Source: an uncultured Planctomycetota bacterium (GTDB taxonomy: Bacteria > Planctomycetota > Planctomycetia > Isosphaerales > Isosphaeraceae). Taken from it: 64,000 nt of DNA. Within the stretch, counting starts at the first letter, position 1; every line of letters begins with the position of its first letter. The notes under the pieces are model-generated. The model did no database searches. It was not told the origin of the DNA and saw only the letters and a list, made by a program, of their open reading frames with translations. Made by a program: the position numbers and the translations under genes. Location of the stretch: NCBI GenBank assembly GCA_963823665.1, contig CAWGMQ010000005.1, forward strand, positions 1,280,001 through 1,344,000. The letters run 5' to 3'. This document shows positions 1 to 9,809 of this stretch, one piece after another.

Positions 1-2
1 TG

Positions 3-374
3 CCAAGCGCCGATCCCTTCAATCGTCGCGCTCAACGGGCCGGGCGCAAGCGAGGTCAGCTCGGTGAGCCAGTGGTGGCCCCCTTCCGGCGATGGATGTT
101 TCGTCACAGTCATCAAGGCCGATGGCCGGCCCGAGTCGCACCAAAGCCACATCGTACCGTCGATGGTTCGCCGCGCCGGATCGTCGAACCGGTACACCGG
201 CTCGTCCAACCGCTTGAGGTTTTGATGCACAGCTCCCGAGGCCGTCTCGATCGCGACGCCGGCGGCGAGACCCCGCATCGCCTGAAGCCTTTGCGCGGCA
301 TCGTCTGAGCCTTGTGTCTGGCCCACCTGCGTCACGAGGGCGAGGGAGATGATCGACGAAGCGAAGAAATGCAC
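3..374 (-). CDS. Secreted hypothetical protein, paralogue of the 4066/5008/5924 family (3'-truncated by window edge)
   Basis: Not in the ORF track. Manual translation from GTG 374 (AGGAG RBS upstream) gives MHFFASSIISLALVTQ...QRLQAMRGLA...LDEPVYRFDDPARRTIDGTMWLWCDSGRP, sharing the EPVYR/DG..W/GRP motifs. Confidence 0.75.
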   Translation of the reverse strand, partial: MHFFASSIISLALVTQVGQTQGSDDAAQRLQAMRGLAAGVAIETASGAVHQNLKRLDEPVYRFDDPARRTIDGTMWLWCDSGRPSALMTVTKHPSPEGGHHWLTELTSLAPGPLSATIEGIGAW

Positions 375-391
375 CGGTTAACTCCTTGGAT

Positions 392-1284
392 CTAAACGGC
401 GGCGCGTTTCACGAGATAGTCGAGGAGCGCCCGGTCGGGAGGATCTACCGTGGTCAGCTCGATGCGATCAATCGCGCGCTTGCGGCATTCGAGCTCGAGC
501 GCCTGCCTCCAGTCATCCACAGCCTTCAGATACGCCTCGCGGATGCCTTCCGTGTGGGTTGTCAGCATCTCGCCGCTTTCGAGATCGCGGAAGCGGATTT
601 GCCCGTCGAGGGAGAGGTCGCGCTCCCAGGGATCCATGATGTGGAAGATGATCACTTCGTGGTTCTTGTAGCGCATGTGGTCGAGCCCGCGGACGATGGT
701 GGCGAGGTCGCCAAACAGGTCGCTCAGTACCACGACGATTCCGCGGCGTCCGGCCGACTCGGCTGCTTGGTGCAGCGCGAGGTCGTTGTCGGTCGCCGGA
801 CGGATTTCGGCGGTGGCGATCGTGGCAAGGACCTCGTCGAGCTGGTTCGGCTTGGCGCGAGCGGGCACCTGAGCGGTGACCTTGTCGGAGAAGATCGTGA
901 GCCCCACGGCGTCGCGCTGTTTGAGCGCCAGGTGCGCAGCGCGGCCGCGAGCGACGCGGCAAAATGGAGCTTGCTGCGGCCGGCATTCGCGCAGCTCATT
1001 GAAGAGCTGGCATCAAGCATCAGGTAGAGGTTCAAGTTCGTGTCGGCGTCATATTCCTTGATATAGAGCCGATCATGCCGCGCATAGAGCTTCCAGTTCA
1101 GGTGGCGAAGGTCGTCGCCGGGAGTGTATTCGCGATGGGAAGCGAACTCGACGGAGAGCCCGAGGTACGGACTGCGGTGCAAGCCGTGCATCGACCCCTC
1201 GACGATCGACCGCGCGCGAAGCTCGATCGAGTCGAGCCGCGAAAAAAAGACCGGATCAATCAAGATACGGGGGTCGAAGAGCAT
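392..1284 (-). CDS. DUF58 (VWA-like) MoxR-associated protein, frameshifted near 937
   Basis: N-half 724..1284 (GLHRSPYLGLSVEFASHREYTPGDDLRHLNWK, LDASSSM) plus C-half 392..907 (VVLSDLF, IFHIMDPWE). One missing G at GCGCTG^CGC restores a single frame. Confidence 0.9.
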
Positions 1285-1290
1285 CGGGGG

Positions 1291-2334
1291 CTAGTCCTCA
1301 CGCTTCACGGTCTCGACCAAGCGGCCGACCAAGGCATCGGCATCGATCCCGTCAGCCCGGGCGTGGAAGTTGGGGACGAGCCGGTGCCTCAGGACGGGAC
1401 CGGCCAGGTTTGCCACGTCGTCGAAATCGACGTGGTACTTGCCTGCGAGGATCGCGCGTGCCTTGGCCCCGAGCACCAGGTATTGCGAGGCCCTCGGGCT
1501 GGCGCCGTAGAGCAAGTATTTGTGGATGCCGTCGATCTCCTTGGACTCACCGGGGCGGGACGCGGCGACCAGCCGGACCGCGTAGCCCATGACCGACTCG
1601 GCGATGGGGACGCCGCGCACCAGCTCCTGGAGACGCAAGAGCTCTTCGGCCTTGAGCACGGGCCGCGCCTGGGCCCTATGAGTGCCCGTCGTTTCCTTGA
1701 CGATCTGCTTCTCCTCTTTGAGCGACGGGTACTTGACCTTGAGATTGAACATGAAACGATCGAGCTGAGCTTCGGGCAGCGGATACGTTCCTTCCATCTC
1801 GATCGGGTTTTGAGTTGCGACGACGAAGAACGGCGGATTGAGCGGGTAGGTGCGCCTCCCGATCGAGACCTCGCGCTCCTGCATCGCCTGCAAGAGCGCG
1901 GCCTGCGTCTTGGGGGGCGTGCGGTTGATCTCGTCGGCGAGCAGGAAGTTGGTGAAGATCGGCCCGGGAAGGAACTCGAGCTTGCGGCGTCCGGTCGCCG
2001 GATCTTCCTCGATGATATCCATGCCGGTAATGTCGGACGGCATGAGGTCGGGTGTGAACTGGATGCGGCGAAACTCGAGGTCGAGCGTGCGCGCGAGAGT
2101 GTGGGCCATCAACGATTTGCCCAGCCCGGGCACACCGAGCAGAAGGATATGGCCGCGGCAAAGTAGGCCGACAAGCATATGATCGACGATCTGCTCCTGG
2201 CCGACGATCACCCTGGCGATCTCGTCACGAATAGCCTGTCTGGCTTCGCGCATGCGAGCGACAATGGCTGAATCTTCGCTTGTCAGCGTCGCTGGAGCGG
2301 TCGGCTTGGCATCACGAATTCGCGGGGTTTCCAT
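1291..2334 (-). CDS. moxR: MoxR-family AAA+ ATPase
   Basis: Walker A GVPGLGKS, RIQFTPDLMPSD, LLADEINRTPPKTQAALL, ATQNPIEMEGTYPLPEAQLDRF. Confidence 0.97.
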   Translation of the reverse strand: METPRIRDAKPTAPATLTSEDSAIVARMREARQAIRDEIARVIVGQEQIVDHMLVGLLCRGHILLLGVPGLGKSLMAHTLARTLDLEFRRIQFTPDLMPSDITGMDIIEEDPATGRRKLEFLPGPIFTNFLLADEINRTPPKTQAALLQAMQEREVSIGRRTYPLNPPFFVVATQNPIEMEGTYPLPEAQLDRFMFNLKVKYPSLKEEKQIVKETTGTHRAQARPVLKAEELLRLQELVRGVPIAESVMGYAVRLVAASRPGESKEIDGIHKYLLYGASPRASQYLVLGAKARAILAGKYHVDFDDVANLAGPVLRHRLVPNFHARADGIDADALVGRLVETVKRED

Positions 2335-2346
2335 CGGCCGCAGGCC

Positions 2347-3273
2347 TCACGGGTGGGGTTGATTCTGGACGGGAGTGTTGTCAATGAACGTCTTCGACGC
2401 CAGGGCACCGTCGTGGTCGGGCCGGATCTTGGCTTCCGGGCCATTCCCTTTGCCGGCACGGCCACCAATCTCAGGCGGGAGGAACCGTTCCTGGAGCTCA
2501 GTGCCCCGGCCGTCGCCGTTGTCGTCGAGCTGGGCGTGTTCCGTCGCCAGGTCTTCGGCGTCAGCGTATCGCTGCATCACGCTCGAGACGACCGCGAGGT
2601 AAAGCTCGAAAACAGAGAGCTTGCCGTCCTTATCGCGGTCGATCCCTTCCGGAGGCACGGCCAGCACTTCAGCGAGGGCATGGGGGAAGAGGGTCTCGTT
2701 GACCTCTTGATCGGGCTCGGTCGCCGCGATGACAGTCCGGCCACTCGCCGCGAGCGGCTTGATGAAGAAACCGCTCGCGGGCGTGGTGATCAAGAAGAGC
2801 TGCTCGCGGGCCTTGAGTCCCTCGAAGAGTTTGCCAAATTCGCGCTCATCGAGATCGGGGCCGGGAATGTTCAGATGGGAGTGGCGACCGTCGTAGTAAG
2901 TGTGCCCCAAGACGATCACCCAGAGCGTGTCCTGCTCGCCCAGGCGCTTTCGCAGCTCGTCGATATCGGCTGCAAGCCCTTCCCGGCTTGATAGTCCGCG
3001 CATGCCGGAGAGCGCCGGGCCGTCGCCGGCCGCTTTCTCCACTCCGAATCGCACCATGACGTCGGAGGCGGCGAACCCGCATCGCTCGGTCAGTGCCTTG
3101 TACAGTTTCTCGACCGTACCGGTGAAGAGCTTGCGGTGTTCGTCGTCGCCGGGAAGGCCACAAATAAGCAGTGCCTGCCTCCTGGCAGCCCGCGGCGGTG
3201 CGGAGTTTTCCTGCCGGGCAGGCGACTGACCCAGCAGGCACGGCACGATCAGCAGAAGCCAGGTCCATCGCAT
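2347..3273 (-). CDS. Secreted hypothetical protein, possible caspase/C13-like fold, with DxDxDG Ca-binding-like loops
   Basis: Signal-like start MRWTWLLLIVPCLLG (ATG 3273); ALLICG, VIVLGH, TTPASG, DRDKDGK, DDNGDG. Ends 12 nt before moxR. Confidence 0.65.
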   Translation of the reverse strand: MRWTWLLLIVPCLLGQSPARQENSAPPRAARRQALLICGLPGDDEHRKLFTGTVEKLYKALTERCGFAASDVMVRFGVEKAAGDGPALSGMRGLSSREGLAADIDELRKRLGEQDTLWVIVLGHTYYDGRHSHLNIPGPDLDEREFGKLFEGLKAREQLFLITTPASGFFIKPLAASGRTVIAATEPDQEVNETLFPHALAEVLAVPPEGIDRDKDGKLSVFELYLAVVSSVMQRYADAEDLATEHAQLDDNGDGRGTELQERFLPPEIGGRAGKGNGPEAKIRPDHDGALASKTFIDNTPVQNQPHP

Positions 3274-3533
3274 TGCTTTACCTCGCGCCACTTCCATAGC
3301 CGGCATCGATCTCAAGGATGATCTCAAATCGCGACATTCATCGAAGCACCCGGACTCGAAGAATGCGAAAGCCGCCAGGGACAGGTTACGAATCAAGTCG
3401 TATGACTACAAATATCGCCGCGATGCCGGTGTTGTCAACGAAATTCTTCGGAAGTTTGTCCGAGGTTGGCGGCGAGCGTGCCGCGGTCGCCTGGTCGCGA
3501 CGGCAAGAGGCAGCGTGACGGGGCCGACAATAC

Positions 3534-4020
3534 TCAACGGCGGCCGGGTGATCCGCCCTGACGCTGGCCGGTCCGACTACTCGAGAACAGCGCGTATCGG
3601 CCGTCCGGCGATAGAGCCACGTCCCGCATCAAGGTTTCGGCCCCCAGCTCCAACCGTTTCAGCTTATCCGCCTGACCCCGCTCGAATGAATAGAGCGCCT
3701 TGCCCGCCTTTCGTCCGATGAAGACACAAAGGCCGGTGCTGGGCACGTAAGCAGGGAAAGTCGGCCGGACATCGTGCCCTTCGCGTTTGAAGTTGGCCTT
3801 CCAGAGGACTTCCTTGACCTTGCCTTGTGCAGGGTCGGTCACGTCGATCAAGGCGATTGTGTCGCCGGATTCGCGGCCAACGACCGCGACGATCGTGCCA
3901 GCGCTCACCCAGTCGGGCGTCGTGTAGATTTGCAAGTCGGGAATTTGAAGAGGGACGTCCGTTTTGCCGCTTGAGTCCATCAGCGTCACATCAGTAGGAA
4001 TGGAAAAGTCGACGAGCATG
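3534..4020 (-). pseudogene. C-terminal fragment of a TolB/PD40-like beta-propeller protein
   Basis: YTTPDW, DVALSPDGRYALFSS blades; no signal peptide and no N-terminal blades. Confidence 0.5.
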
Positions 4021-4065
4021 AACCGGCGGCCGTCACTGCGAGTATTGTCAACTTGATTGCTCTGT

Positions 4066-4860
4066 TCAAGGATCTTGCGCGAAGCCCCAATCGTAATAGG
4101 GCGCGAGGCTGTGATTGCTGTCCAAGCTGAAGTCGAAACTCCAGGCGTCTTTGCCTTTCCATGTGCAGCGGATGGGTGCGTTGGCTTCCGGCGCAAAGGC
4201 AAATTGCCATTCCAGGCCGTCTTTACCGCGCCGTGCTTCGAGCAACAGAAGAACCTCGGGGTCAGTCGTCAGCACGAAGGAGAAGACGGCGCCGTCGACC
4301 AGATCAGAAGAGGCTTTACCGTACCGGAGAAGCGGCTTGGAGAGAGGCCGCAAGTTGTGCCACGTCTGGGTCTTGAGCTGAAGGTTCATCTCCGCTTTAA
4401 ACCCCGCAAGCAAATCGCGCATCTGGCGCAGCCGCTGCTCGGGCGTACCGGCGGGTGCGGGCGCTCCGGGCACCGGCTTGAAATCGACACCCGATCTCTT
4501 TGGATTCCAGATGTTTCCCAAGGCCAGTGGAACCCTGGACAACGAGGAGAACGCCTGGTGCCAGCCCGCGTCGCTGGTCCGGTAGACTTGAACGGCAGCC
4601 ACCGGCGTGTAGTCGGCGTCGAGCCAGAAGAAGAGGGTGCCGTCGGTGACGGTCCCGACGCTGTTCGTGAAACGGATTGCCGGCTCAGCGACCAGGCGGT
4701 ACGTGACGCTCGGGTCGCCTGCGGGCTTGAGCGCATGTACGGATACTGCTTTTTTCATGAATTCGAGCCGTGCCGCCGATTCTTTGGCAATCTCCGGGAC
4801 GCGTGCTGGCTCCGGTACCTGGGCCAGAAAGCCGAGAGACAGCATAAGCTTCAGTATCAT
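4066..4860 (-). CDS. Secreted hypothetical protein (planctomycete paralogous family)
   Basis: 264 aa, signal peptide; EPAIRF, QRLRQMR, LRPLSKPLLRY, DGAVFSF, TDPEVLLLLEAR motifs shared with neighbours. Confidence 0.85.
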   Translation of the reverse strand: MILKLMLSLGFLAQVPEPARVPEIAKESAARLEFMKKAVSVHALKPAGDPSVTYRLVAEPAIRFTNSVGTVTDGTLFFWLDADYTPVAAVQVYRTSDAGWHQAFSSLSRVPLALGNIWNPKRSGVDFKPVPGAPAPAGTPEQRLRQMRDLLAGFKAEMNLQLKTQTWHNLRPLSKPLLRYGKASSDLVDGAVFSFVLTTDPEVLLLLEARRGKDGLEWQFAFAPEANAPIRCTWKGKDAWSFDFSLDSNHSLAPYYDWGFAQDP

Positions 4861-4904
4861 CGGATCTTCTCCCGTTTATGAAGACAGGCCTCCGAACGCG
4901 TGTA

Positions 4905-4934
4905 TTGACATTACCAGCGCGGCGGTGCTATTTG
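4905..4934 (+). promoter_or_regulatory. Candidate sigma-70 promoter for 5008..5883
   Basis: TTGACA at 4905-4910, then TGn-TATTTG (4929-4934), in an AT-richer divergent intergenic region. Confidence 0.4.
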
Positions 4935-5007
4935 TAGTCACACGACTGGATTCGTAATCTGCTCGGTTAATACTCCTTGATGCGTATCCTGCGCAGGGCG
5001 CTGACTC

Positions 5008-5883
5008 ATGGGTGGAACCTGGCTGCTCATTCTCCTATCGGTCCTGATCGGCCAAGCTCCTGTCTCCAAGGACGACTCTGCGGCGGCAGAGGCCGCTCGG
5101 AAGAAGCGCGAGCGGCTGCTGCCGCTCTACACGAGCGAGGCGGCCGAATACACCATTTACCGTGACTCCAGCCGGCGCGATAAGCTCGAGCTTCGGCGCG
5201 AGCCAGTCTATGTCTGGACCAATCCACTTCGTGAAGACGGGCAGGACGGCGCGATCTTCGTGTGGACTTGCCGCGGGCGGGCGGAAGTCATCGGCTGCAT
5301 TTTCATGTCCCCGACGACGCGACCGCGCCATGTGTATCACGAGTTTCATTCGCTGGCGCTCTCGGTGCTCGACGTCCAACGTTCCGGAAGGCACGCCAAG
5401 ACGTGGACGCCGCTAGCGCCGGGCGTTACTGTGACACCGATCGCGGGGGGGCCTTCTCCCTTACAGACAGCCGCACAGCGGCTGGCACAGATGCGGACAC
5501 TCAGCCGCGATTTCACGGCCTCTACTCTGGATCACAAGGACCAGCACTGGGAACTACGGCTGCTGCCCCAGCCCCTCTACCGCTATGCGAGCACGGACCC
5601 CGACATCCTCGACGGAGCGGTGTTCGCCTTCGTCACGTCAGCAGGGACTGACCCCGAGGCGATTCTGGTGCTCGAAGTGCGTAAGCCCGCCGGCAAGGAT
5701 CTCCCCATCTGGCATTACTCCGTCAGTCGATTCACAGATACCGAGCTCCGGGTGAAGCACAAGGATAAAGAGGTCTTCACGGCCCCGCTGATCCCGACCA
5801 GCGCTATCGAGCAAGATCCCAAGCATCGTTACCGCGTGTGGTATGATCGGACCATCGCCGCGTTCGACGAGGGAGCGCCCTGA
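5008..5883 (+). CDS. Secreted hypothetical protein (planctomycete paralogous family)
   Basis: 291 aa, signal peptide; EPVYVWTN, DGAIFVWT, HEFHSL, QRLAQMR, WELRLLPQPLYRY, GTDPE. Confidence 0.88.
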   Translation: MGGTWLLILLSVLIGQAPVSKDDSAAAEAARKKRERLLPLYTSEAAEYTIYRDSSRRDKLELRREPVYVWTNPLREDGQDGAIFVWTCRGRAEVIGCIFMSPTTRPRHVYHEFHSLALSVLDVQRSGRHAKTWTPLAPGVTVTPIAGGPSPLQTAAQRLAQMRTLSRDFTASTLDHKDQHWELRLLPQPLYRYASTDPDILDGAVFAFVTSAGTDPEAILVLEVRKPAGKDLPIWHYSVSRFTDTELRVKHKDKEVFTAPLIPTSAIEQDPKHRYRVWYDRTIAAFDEGAP

Positions 5884-5923
5884 GTCAGTCGATCACGCGG
5901 GCAGGTGACCGCACCCTGGGAGC

Positions 5924-6793
5924 TCACGGCCGTTTGACCTTGTTCTGCTCGAGTTCCGGAAAATCGTCGACCAACCGATCACGGATCAGCAAATAGGTAT
6001 TTTCCGGATTGTCAATGACTCCCGTCGAGGGATCCCGGAGCGACGTCCAGACGTCCTTCCCCTTAAATTGCACGTACAGGCTGGAGATCGACAAACGGAC
6101 GGTCCGGTAGCGCCAGGTTGTCTTCTCTCCCTTCTTCACGCACTCCAAAACCAGGATGATTTCGGGATCGGTTCCCGCATCGCTGACGAAGCCGAAGAGG
6201 GCTCCGTCGATCAAGTCACTCTCGGCTTTCTCGTACCGGTAAAGCGGACGGGTTAACAGTCGCAGTTGCCAGCGCACTCCGACATCGTCAATCGTATGAG
6301 CGGTGAATTCTCGGGCGATTTCCCGCATCTGATTCGCGCGCTGCTTGGCGGTCGCCGCTTGGGCCGGCGGGTCGGGAATCGGGTGCAAAGGGACGCCGGC
6401 CCTCGGGAGCCACTGATGATTCGAATCGTTGAGTTGCGCGGCGATTCGGTCGGGCCCGAGGGCATGAAACTCGTGCATGATGACGCGACGGCCCGCCTCC
6501 GGATTTGAGAAGACTCCCCCCAGCGCCACGGGACGCCCCTCGAACGTCCAGACGAACATTGCTCCGATTTGACCGTTTCCGCGGGAGGCGTTCGTCCACC
6601 GATAGACCGGCTCGGGCACGAACTCGGCCTTTTTCGTCTGCAGCGGGTCGACGAAGATCTCCCACCGCCTCGCCTCGTCGCGGTGAAGCTTCAACAATTT
6701 GGCGTCGACTTTATCGGGAGCCGGGTCGTCCGCGGCCAGTGCGGCCCCAGTCAATAGCACCATTCCCATCAACGCCATCCCAGTGCGATTCAT
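5924..6793 (-). CDS. Secreted hypothetical protein (planctomycete paralogous family)
   Basis: Likely start MNRTGMALMGMVLLTGAALA at 6793 inside ORF 5924..7393; EPVYRWTN, GAMFVWT, HEFHAL, WQLRLLTRPLYRY, GTDPE. Confidence 0.88.
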   Translation of the reverse strand: MNRTGMALMGMVLLTGAALAADDPAPDKVDAKLLKLHRDEARRWEIFVDPLQTKKAEFVPEPVYRWTNASRGNGQIGAMFVWTFEGRPVALGGVFSNPEAGRRVIMHEFHALGPDRIAAQLNDSNHQWLPRAGVPLHPIPDPPAQAATAKQRANQMREIAREFTAHTIDDVGVRWQLRLLTRPLYRYEKAESDLIDGALFGFVSDAGTDPEIILVLECVKKGEKTTWRYRTVRLSISSLYVQFKGKDVWTSLRDPSTGVIDNPENTYLLIRDRLVDDFPELEQNKVKRP

Positions 6794-6931
6794 CCGGGTC
6801 TCCTTGGAGTTCCGCAGGCCCACTCGGGCTCTTCGACGTCTCCGAACGATCTCGTTGACGCCGGGGCGTTCATCGATGATGATTGTAGTCGTACGACTTC
6901 TTCCGTACCCTGGCCGAGGGCGTTTTGTCAA

Positions 6932-8736
6932 ATGGTTTTCGAAACATGGCGGACGACCGGGATGGCACTCGTCTGGTGCGCGGGTGTGTATGCCATCTAT
7001 CTGGCCAACGGCCGCGAGGTGGGGTCGGGCGATTCCGTGCCAGCGAAGTACCTGAGCTGCGCCCTGGTGCGTGGCGATGGCTTCTACCTGGATCGTTACC
7101 AGCGTGACGTGTTGAAATGGTGGCCTCACCCGACGATGCCCTACTACGTAGCGGTCGTCGATGGGCACTACGTTTCGCGTTATCCCATCGGCCCGGCATT
7201 GCTGGCGCTTCCGTTCACGATCCCGCAGATGCTCGTGCTCGACCGAACGCATCCCGCGTGGGAGACGAGCGAACCGGATTGGTTCGACACAATCTGCAAG
7301 CGTTCCGCCGCCGCGATCACGACGCTCGCGGCGCTGCGCTCTTGGCCGTCCTCTTGAAGCTCGGCCTGGGGCGCATCGCATGGCTGGCCGCAACGGCGGC
7401 GGCCCTGGGCTCGCCTTTATGGAGCACCGCGGGCCAGAGCCTTTGGCAGCACGGGCCCGCCGCGCTCATGCTGACGTCGCTGATCCTCCTCCTATGGCCC
7501 GAGAATCCCTCGCGCTTGCGCTTCTTCGTGGCAGGGGTGACCGCCGCGATGCTGGTCTGCTGTCGGCCGATCGATCTCGCGTTCGCTGTCGTGACCACCT
7601 TTTGGGTCACGATCCGTCATCCGCGCGGCCTGATCTGGTTTCTGCCCCCGGCGGCGGCGATCGGCGCTGCGCTCATCGGCTACAACCGCGCCTATCTCGG
7701 AGCCGCCGCAGGTTACTACTCGACCTTCGACGCCGCCACGTTTGGGACGCCCTGGTACGTGGGACTCCAGGGAACGTTACTGAGCCCCAGCCACGGTCTG
7801 TTCGTGTTCACGCCCTGGGCGCTGGTCGCGTTCGCCTATCTGCCGTTTGCCGTGTTTCAACTCCGCCGCGCGATGCTCTTACCCTGGCTGCTTGTGACCT
7901 TGGGAGCCCATGCGCTGTTGATCTCGACCTTCTCGTGTTGGTGGGCCGGGCTCTGTTTCGGCCCGCGGTATTGGACCGAGGTTATCCCCTTGCTCGCCAT
8001 CGTTCTCGGCATGGCTCTTCATTGGGCGAAGACCCGCTGCAAGCCGGTTTTCGTCTTGTCTTTGGTCTTGATCGCGATCTCCACCGGTGTCGAGATCCTG
8101 GGCGCCTTCGTCTATCCCAGCAGTTGGCAAGATGTTCCTCCTGACTTCGACGGAACGACACACCGCTTTTGGGACTGGTCGGATAACGAATTGACACGGT
8201 GCCTCGTCGAAAACCGGGCTCACCGCGCACTGTTCGGGCCGGGCAAGTCGATCCCAGAGAAGATGCTGCAAAAGGTGGTCTTGCTGCCGACCGCCGAGAA
8301 GAATCAACCCGCGACGTGGCTCTACACGACAGTCGAACCCGGCCCCGGGTGGAATGCCCGACAATTCAACACGGACGGGTGGTCCGTTGGGAAGACCGGG
8401 TTCTGCAGTGAACGGATGCCGACGATTCCAAGGAACACCCTTTGGAATACGCCGGCAATCTGGATGAGGACCTCGGTCGAAGTCCCCCATCCCTTACTCG
8501 ACCAGGTATACGTGTTACGCGTCGCGCACGACGATGACCTCACCGTTTATCTCAACGGAGTGAAAATCTATCAACGAGAGGGAGTGAGTCTCCCGTACGG
8601 TGGTTATCGCGACGTCGTTCTCGATGAGCAGCAGGCTGCTCTTATCCGCGAGGGTACGAATACGTTGGCGGTCAAATGCATCGACACCGGCGGGGACTGC
8701 GGAGTCGATGTTGGGTTCTCGACCTTTCCCAAGTAA
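6932..8736 (+). CDS. Polytopic GT-C-type membrane glycosyltransferase with C-terminal jelly-roll (sugar-binding-like) domain; frameshift near 7336
   Basis: ORFs 6932..7357 and 7117..8736 join with one added G at GCGCTG^CGC. Motifs SGDSVPA, SRYPIGP, SLWQHGP, LLSPSHGLFVFTP, WWAGLCFGPRY and many TM helices. The C-terminal WLYTT..W...TLWNT..IWMR...HDDDLTVYLNG domain resembles those on GH2-type enzymes. Confidence 0.75.
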
Positions 8737-8823
8737 TGACTCCGATCGAGAGCGCGGAGATACGCAGTGCTCAATTCGGGCACCATCGTTCTGTGCCGTG
8801 ACCTGACCGTCGATTTGACGAAA

Positions 8824-9156
8824 TCAATGTCGGATCACCGAATTCGGTAGCGCTTGCTGAAGTTCTGTCGCTCCTTACTGCCATTGATACCAGACGCTAC
8901 CGCCGGCCGCCTCGATCGCTGCAACTGCACCGCGCTGCACGCGGGCACTGTAGACGATCCATCCGAGGGTGCCACCGATCAGGAGCACGAAAATCATGAG
9001 CGACCGCAAACTGAACCTTATTCGAGGCCGATGCCACCAGGATCGACGCGAAAGAGGGTCGCGCATGGCGGCGTTCTCGGCGGTTGGGATTGAGGGGGTT
9101 AGTCTGTTGTCGGCTCTCGACGTCGTCGCTGTTGCCCCGATCGGAGCGTATCTCAT
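8824..9156 (-). pseudogene. Internally deleted copy of LRR gene 26324..27427
   Basis: 8877-9156 aligns with 27148-27427 and 8824-8876 with 26324-26376. The 771 nt of LRRs between them are missing and the junction creates TAA. Confidence 0.9.
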
Positions 9157-9216
9157 CCTCCCACACGGCTGCCAGTGGCAGAGGAAATGGCGGCGATGCC
9201 GACGTCGGTGGGCGAG

Positions 9217-9597
9217 TCAGCGTGACAACTCCACTTCGAGGATTGTGTCCGCGTTCTCGATTGCGCCGACGGTCATGAGAGGAGTGCCTTTCAGGATCGA
9301 TTTGATTATGGACTCCTGCATCTGGGCGGCTGCACGGCGCGATAAAACGTCCGATTTCACGCTCACGTAGATCCGCGTGGCATCCTCCAGCTTGGTGGCA
9401 TTCGCACTGTAGTAATGAATTCTTGCAATCTTCCCAATATCCCGATCATACGTCACTACAGATAGAATCTTTCCCAGTTCCGTCCTCTCGGCCACGTCTA
9501 CGCCAACGGCCACTTGTCCCTGGTTCGGCAGTCGTTCCGCGCGAACCGAGGTGATAGCCAGTATCAAAACGACCGAGATACCGACAAACGCTCTCAT
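9217..9597 (-). CDS. Small secreted hypothetical protein (126 aa); paralogue of 29833..30204
   Basis: Signal peptide MRAFVGISVVLILAITSVRA, AGGAG RBS; near-identical to the N-terminus of ORF 27523..30204. Confidence 0.75.
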   Translation of the reverse strand: MRAFVGISVVLILAITSVRAERLPNQGQVAVGVDVAERTELGKILSVVTYDRDIGKIARIHYYSANATKLEDATRIYVSVKSDVLSRRAAAQMQESIIKSILKGTPLMTVGAIENADTILEVELSR

Positions 9598-9809
9598 CGC
9601 AGACTCCTATCAATTGACAACCTCGAAGCCCTTCGACTTCAAGGGTTTTCTGGCATCGCTGATACCGGAGTTTGGGTGGATTTTCTGACGCAAGACTCCT
9701 GTGTCCGATGGCATCGAGGTCGACGGGCAACGTGCACTTGAAGTTCAAGTGCCCTGGAGGGGTGAGAGACGCTCAATCGCGGGGCGCGACTCTCGTGGTT
9801 GGTAGTGGG

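Noticed and set aside
5924..7393. 489-aa ORF as one protein
   Set aside because: The first ~200 codons are antisense to the glycosyltransferase; family homology and the signal peptide begin at ATG 6793.
8824..9613. Diversity-generating retroelement template/variable repeat pair with 26324-30220 (or 52330 with 44401)
   Set aside because: Mismatches are not confined to adenines, the copies carry large deletions, and no reverse transcriptase gene is in the window.
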